NCBI GenBank assembly: GCA_002104905.1
Contig: MCFE01000172.1
Coordinates: 1 to 64,000, forward strand
DNA: 64,000 nt
Origin: Basidiobolus meristosporus CBS 931.73
Lineage: Eukaryota > Fungi > Basidiobolomycota
Direction of reading: 5' to 3'
Made by a program: the position numbers and the translations under genes. The notes below the pieces were generated by a model. That model did no database searches. It was not told where the DNA came from and saw only the letters and a program-made list of their open reading frames with translations. The first letter of the stretch is position 1, and each line of letters starts with the position of its first letter. Below are positions 61,469 to 64,000 of this stretch, piece after piece.

Positions 61469-64000
61469 TCATTTGGATCCACGAGAATTGTAGCTACTCT
61501 CGCTATCCGGCTCACTTTGGGCAGCAGAGAGATTGACCGACGAGAGACGGGCCAGCTGACTGGGCGAGTGATACCCTAGCTTCTCGATGGAGGTGCTGGA
61601 CGATCCGTGCATCGATAATCCCGTTAGCGCGTTGCTGGTTTTACGGCGCTTTTCGCGCTCAAATTCCGACCATTTTTTCATGGTGATTCGACTAGAGTCA
61701 AATTCACCCTCCTTCGTGGAGTGATCGCCTCCACCAGCGGCCTCACCAGCGACCAGTCTTGTCTGGCCCCAGCTGAAGTCGTCGAAATGCCAGAACGCGT
61801 AGACTGGGAGAACCAAATTCCAAATCGGTAAAGAGATAAGATATATGAACATCCATCCAACGTACACCAATTTTCTGGTGGTCATCACAATCAAGATGGC
61901 GGGTAATCCCAAGATAATAGCCAGCAGGGTGAGGGGGATGACCGGAACGGGGGTTACGATGAAAGCGATAACAATCAGGTATATGGTAAAGCAGATAGCG
62001 GCAGGGAGGACGGTGGTACCAATTAGCTCCATGAAGATTACAAATTGCATAGAGAAACAGAATGTTCCGCAGAGGTCTCGAATGAGAACCAGCTCCAAAA
62101 GGTTGTGCACAGTGGAGTTGATCCAACGACGGCGTTGGGAAAGCAAAACCCTGAATGAATCAGGAACCACAGTTTTACACACAGCTTGGGGTACAAAGAT
62201 CATTTTACGCTTGGGGAAAGTCTTCAACATCAGGGTGGTCAGGTAGCGATCTTCACCCAGCAAGAGTAGATTCTTCTTGTGCAGAGTGTCCACTACATTC
62301 TCGGAGTAATGCTCAACGATGTCGGGACTGGCTAATACTGGCACCCAGAAATTGCTAGGGCCCTTCGGCGCCTTGATCCGATACATACAGAAGCATCCTG
62401 GGAGACAGGTAACGCCGCCAAATACCGACTCGAAGGCCTTGCTCAAGTGATGGGAGATGTAGTATTCGAAAACTTGAATCATCGACACCCAGCTTTGAGA
62501 TTTGTTGGCAATCTTGGTTTCTCCACACAGCCCCATAATCTTCGGATCGCGGACCATACAGGAGACCATGCGGGTAACAGAGTCTGGGTACACCTTAGTA
62601 TCAGCATCCACCATCAGAACAATCTCGAAATTATCCGGACTCACGCCAGTAGTACTCCAAATAGCATTGAACAGCTCGTATTCCATCTCAGTCATACGGT
62701 CGTCAAACATAACATGCTGAAGGAACGACATCAATATAATCTGACTGTCACGTTTACCGCGATTACCAGGCTTCGGTGCATTGGCCTCCTCAGGGGTTCC
62801 ACATTTGGATATCAAAATCATGGGCACACGTTGTTGCTTTTCAAACGGAATAGTCTGATCATCGAACTTGTAATAGCCCGCATAGACCTTGGCCATGTTG
62901 TGTCTTTTCGAGCCATCAGCAATAGCAACGTAAGAGTAGGGTTGGACATTCTCGGGCGCTATGACGAAGTCCTTCATCATTGATAAGCACACATCTGGAG
63001 TAGACATATCATTCCCGCTACCAACAATGATACCGTCCGCAATAACGAGGATAAGCTTGTGTGATTGAGGATAGTCGGTCAAAGCCAGAGAGTCCAGTGT
63101 GGTACGAATACCATCGGCGCCTTCGGAATAGCACGTAACAAGCAGAATAGTGTGTGCCAAATTGAAGTTAAATGGCTGGAATGATACTGGAGGAGGGGTG
63201 GGTGGAACGTGAACATTCGATACGAAAGTCGATGAGCAGTAGGATGATCGGCGAGATGCTTCAAGGCTCATAGACGTGGGGCGATGATGAATGTTGGGCG
63301 GAACTAACGAATTAGACGAATGCTTCATGTCAGGGCTGTATGGATTCAGATTGGAGGTCCCTCTCTTGTAACCGTTATTCATGTCGGCGTTCGGGTAGGC
63401 CGAGTAGCGAGAGGTGATCGGAAGGGACCCGGTAGATTTACTAGGTTGCGAATTATTGCCTCGAGCGACGCTGATTGCTAGATTTGATGGACTCTCACTC
63501 CATTGTTCAATAGCTTCCATACGTTTCATGCGCTCTTCATACGTTTCTTGACGGAAGGAACCCAATCTCCAGCTTAAGACCCAGCCGAAAAACACGGCAA
63601 AGACGAACTTAGTCAACACCACGCCGAGAATCACGATGAGAGAAACGTAGAGTACTACATTCGAAATGATACAACCCATCGAATTAGTATCAAGTGCTCC
63701 AACTCTGAATATCTCCATCGCACATTTGGCTGCCTCTCTGTGGTAGTTGTTCAGGAAGAGAGTGGCATCAGTGCCCCTGTAGGGAGAATTGAGGTCACGA
63801 AGCTGGGTGAATATGGCCGGTGGAGTGACCCCAGGTACAAGCCAGTCAACCAAGCCAAAGTCCAAGACATGGCCGTTGTAGACCACAAGGCTTTTTTGTT
63901 TGGATTGTATATCTTTCCATTCAAAATATACCTCACCGTCCAATGGGAGATTGGGTGTAATTACTTGATTGCCACCTGCGTTGTGTAGACAGTTATTTGC
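61469..64000 (-). CDS. Chitin synthase, class IV (Chs3-like); 5' part beyond window end
   Basis: [70 protein letters not shown]. The frame is open to base 64000. Confidence 0.95.
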   Translation of the reverse strand, partial: ANNCLHNAGGNQVITPNLPLDGEVYFEWKDIQSKQKSLVVYNGHVLDFGLVDWLVPGVTPPAIFTQLRDLNSPYRGTDATLFLNNYHREAAKCAMEIFRVGALDTNSMGCIISNVVLYVSLIVILGVVLTKFVFAVFFGWVLSWRLGSFRQETYEERMKRMEAIEQWSESPSNLAISVARGNNSQPSKSTGSLPITSRYSAYPNADMNNGYKRGTSNLNPYSPDMKHSSNSLVPPNIHHRPTSMSLEASRRSSYCSSTFVSNVHVPPTPPPVSFQPFNFNLAHTILLVTCYSEGADGIRTTLDSLALTDYPQSHKLILVIADGIIVGSGNDMSTPDVCLSMMKDFVIAPENVQPYSYVAIADGSKRHNMAKVYAGYYKFDDQTIPFEKQQRVPMILISKCGTPEEANAPKPGNRGKRDSQIILMSFLQHVMFDDRMTEMEYELFNAIWSTTGVSPDNFEIVLMVDADTKVYPDSVTRMVSCMVRDPKIMGLCGETKIANKSQSWVSMIQVFEYYISHHLSKAFESVFGGVTCLPGCFCMYRIKAPKGPSNFWVPVLASPDIVEHYSENVVDTLHKKNLLLLGEDRYLTTLMLKTFPKRKMIFVPQAVCKTVVPDSFRVLLSQRRRWINSTVHNLLELVLIRDLCGTFCFSMQFVIFMELIGTTVLPAAICFTIYLIVIAFIVTPVPVIPLTLLAIILGLPAILIVMTTRKLVYVGWMFIYLISLPIWNLVLPVYAFWHFDDFSWGQTRLVAGEAAGGGDHSTKEGEFDSSRITMKKWSEFEREKRRKTSNALTGLSMHGSSSTSIEKLGYHSPSQLARLSSVNLSAAQSEPDSESSYNSRGSK

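Noticed and set aside
1-64000. tRNA, rRNA, snRNA genes, CRISPR arrays and U12-type introns
   Set aside because: No convincing cloverleaf or box A/B, rRNA, repeat-spacer array or intronic RTATCCTT donor was seen by eye; tRNAscan-SE/Infernal would be needed for a definitive negative.

Overview
Fungal genomic DNA, most consistent with an early-diverging (zygomycete-grade) fungus; that placement is inferred from short GT-AG introns and gene content. Bases ~1-11.2 kb form a CpG-depleted, nested transposon block. It holds a 3.4-kb two-gene PIF/Harbinger-ISL2-type (PHIS) DNA transposon (AGACTTGTTC TIRs, 3-bp TSD) and two non-autonomous relatives, one a 734-bp foldback. It also holds a CACTA-like transposase fragment, a decayed ~1.07-kb tandem array and Copia LTR/gag remnants. 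The rest is a gene-dense euchromatic stretch: SulP sulfate transporter, RPL34, RPA3, TFIIA large subunit, AGX1 pseudogene, Med9, proteasome beta1, an ARM-BTB protein, a Spt23/Mga2-like factor, PHB2, a solo-LTR island, an SDR, a Zn2Cys6 TF, importin-9, a carnitine carrier, a PH-CRIB protein, Nup85, a Rib7-like reductase, an unknown coiled-coil protein and a class IV chitin synthase running off the window end. The most unusual observations are an intact transposase ORF with zero CpG, a Rib7 reductase fused to a ~380-aa GYPP-repeat tail, a Cla4-like PH-CRIB gene with no kinase domain, and a Spt23/Mga2-like factor lacking IPT/ankyrin/TM. All family assignments come from motif recognition by eye; no database searches were run.
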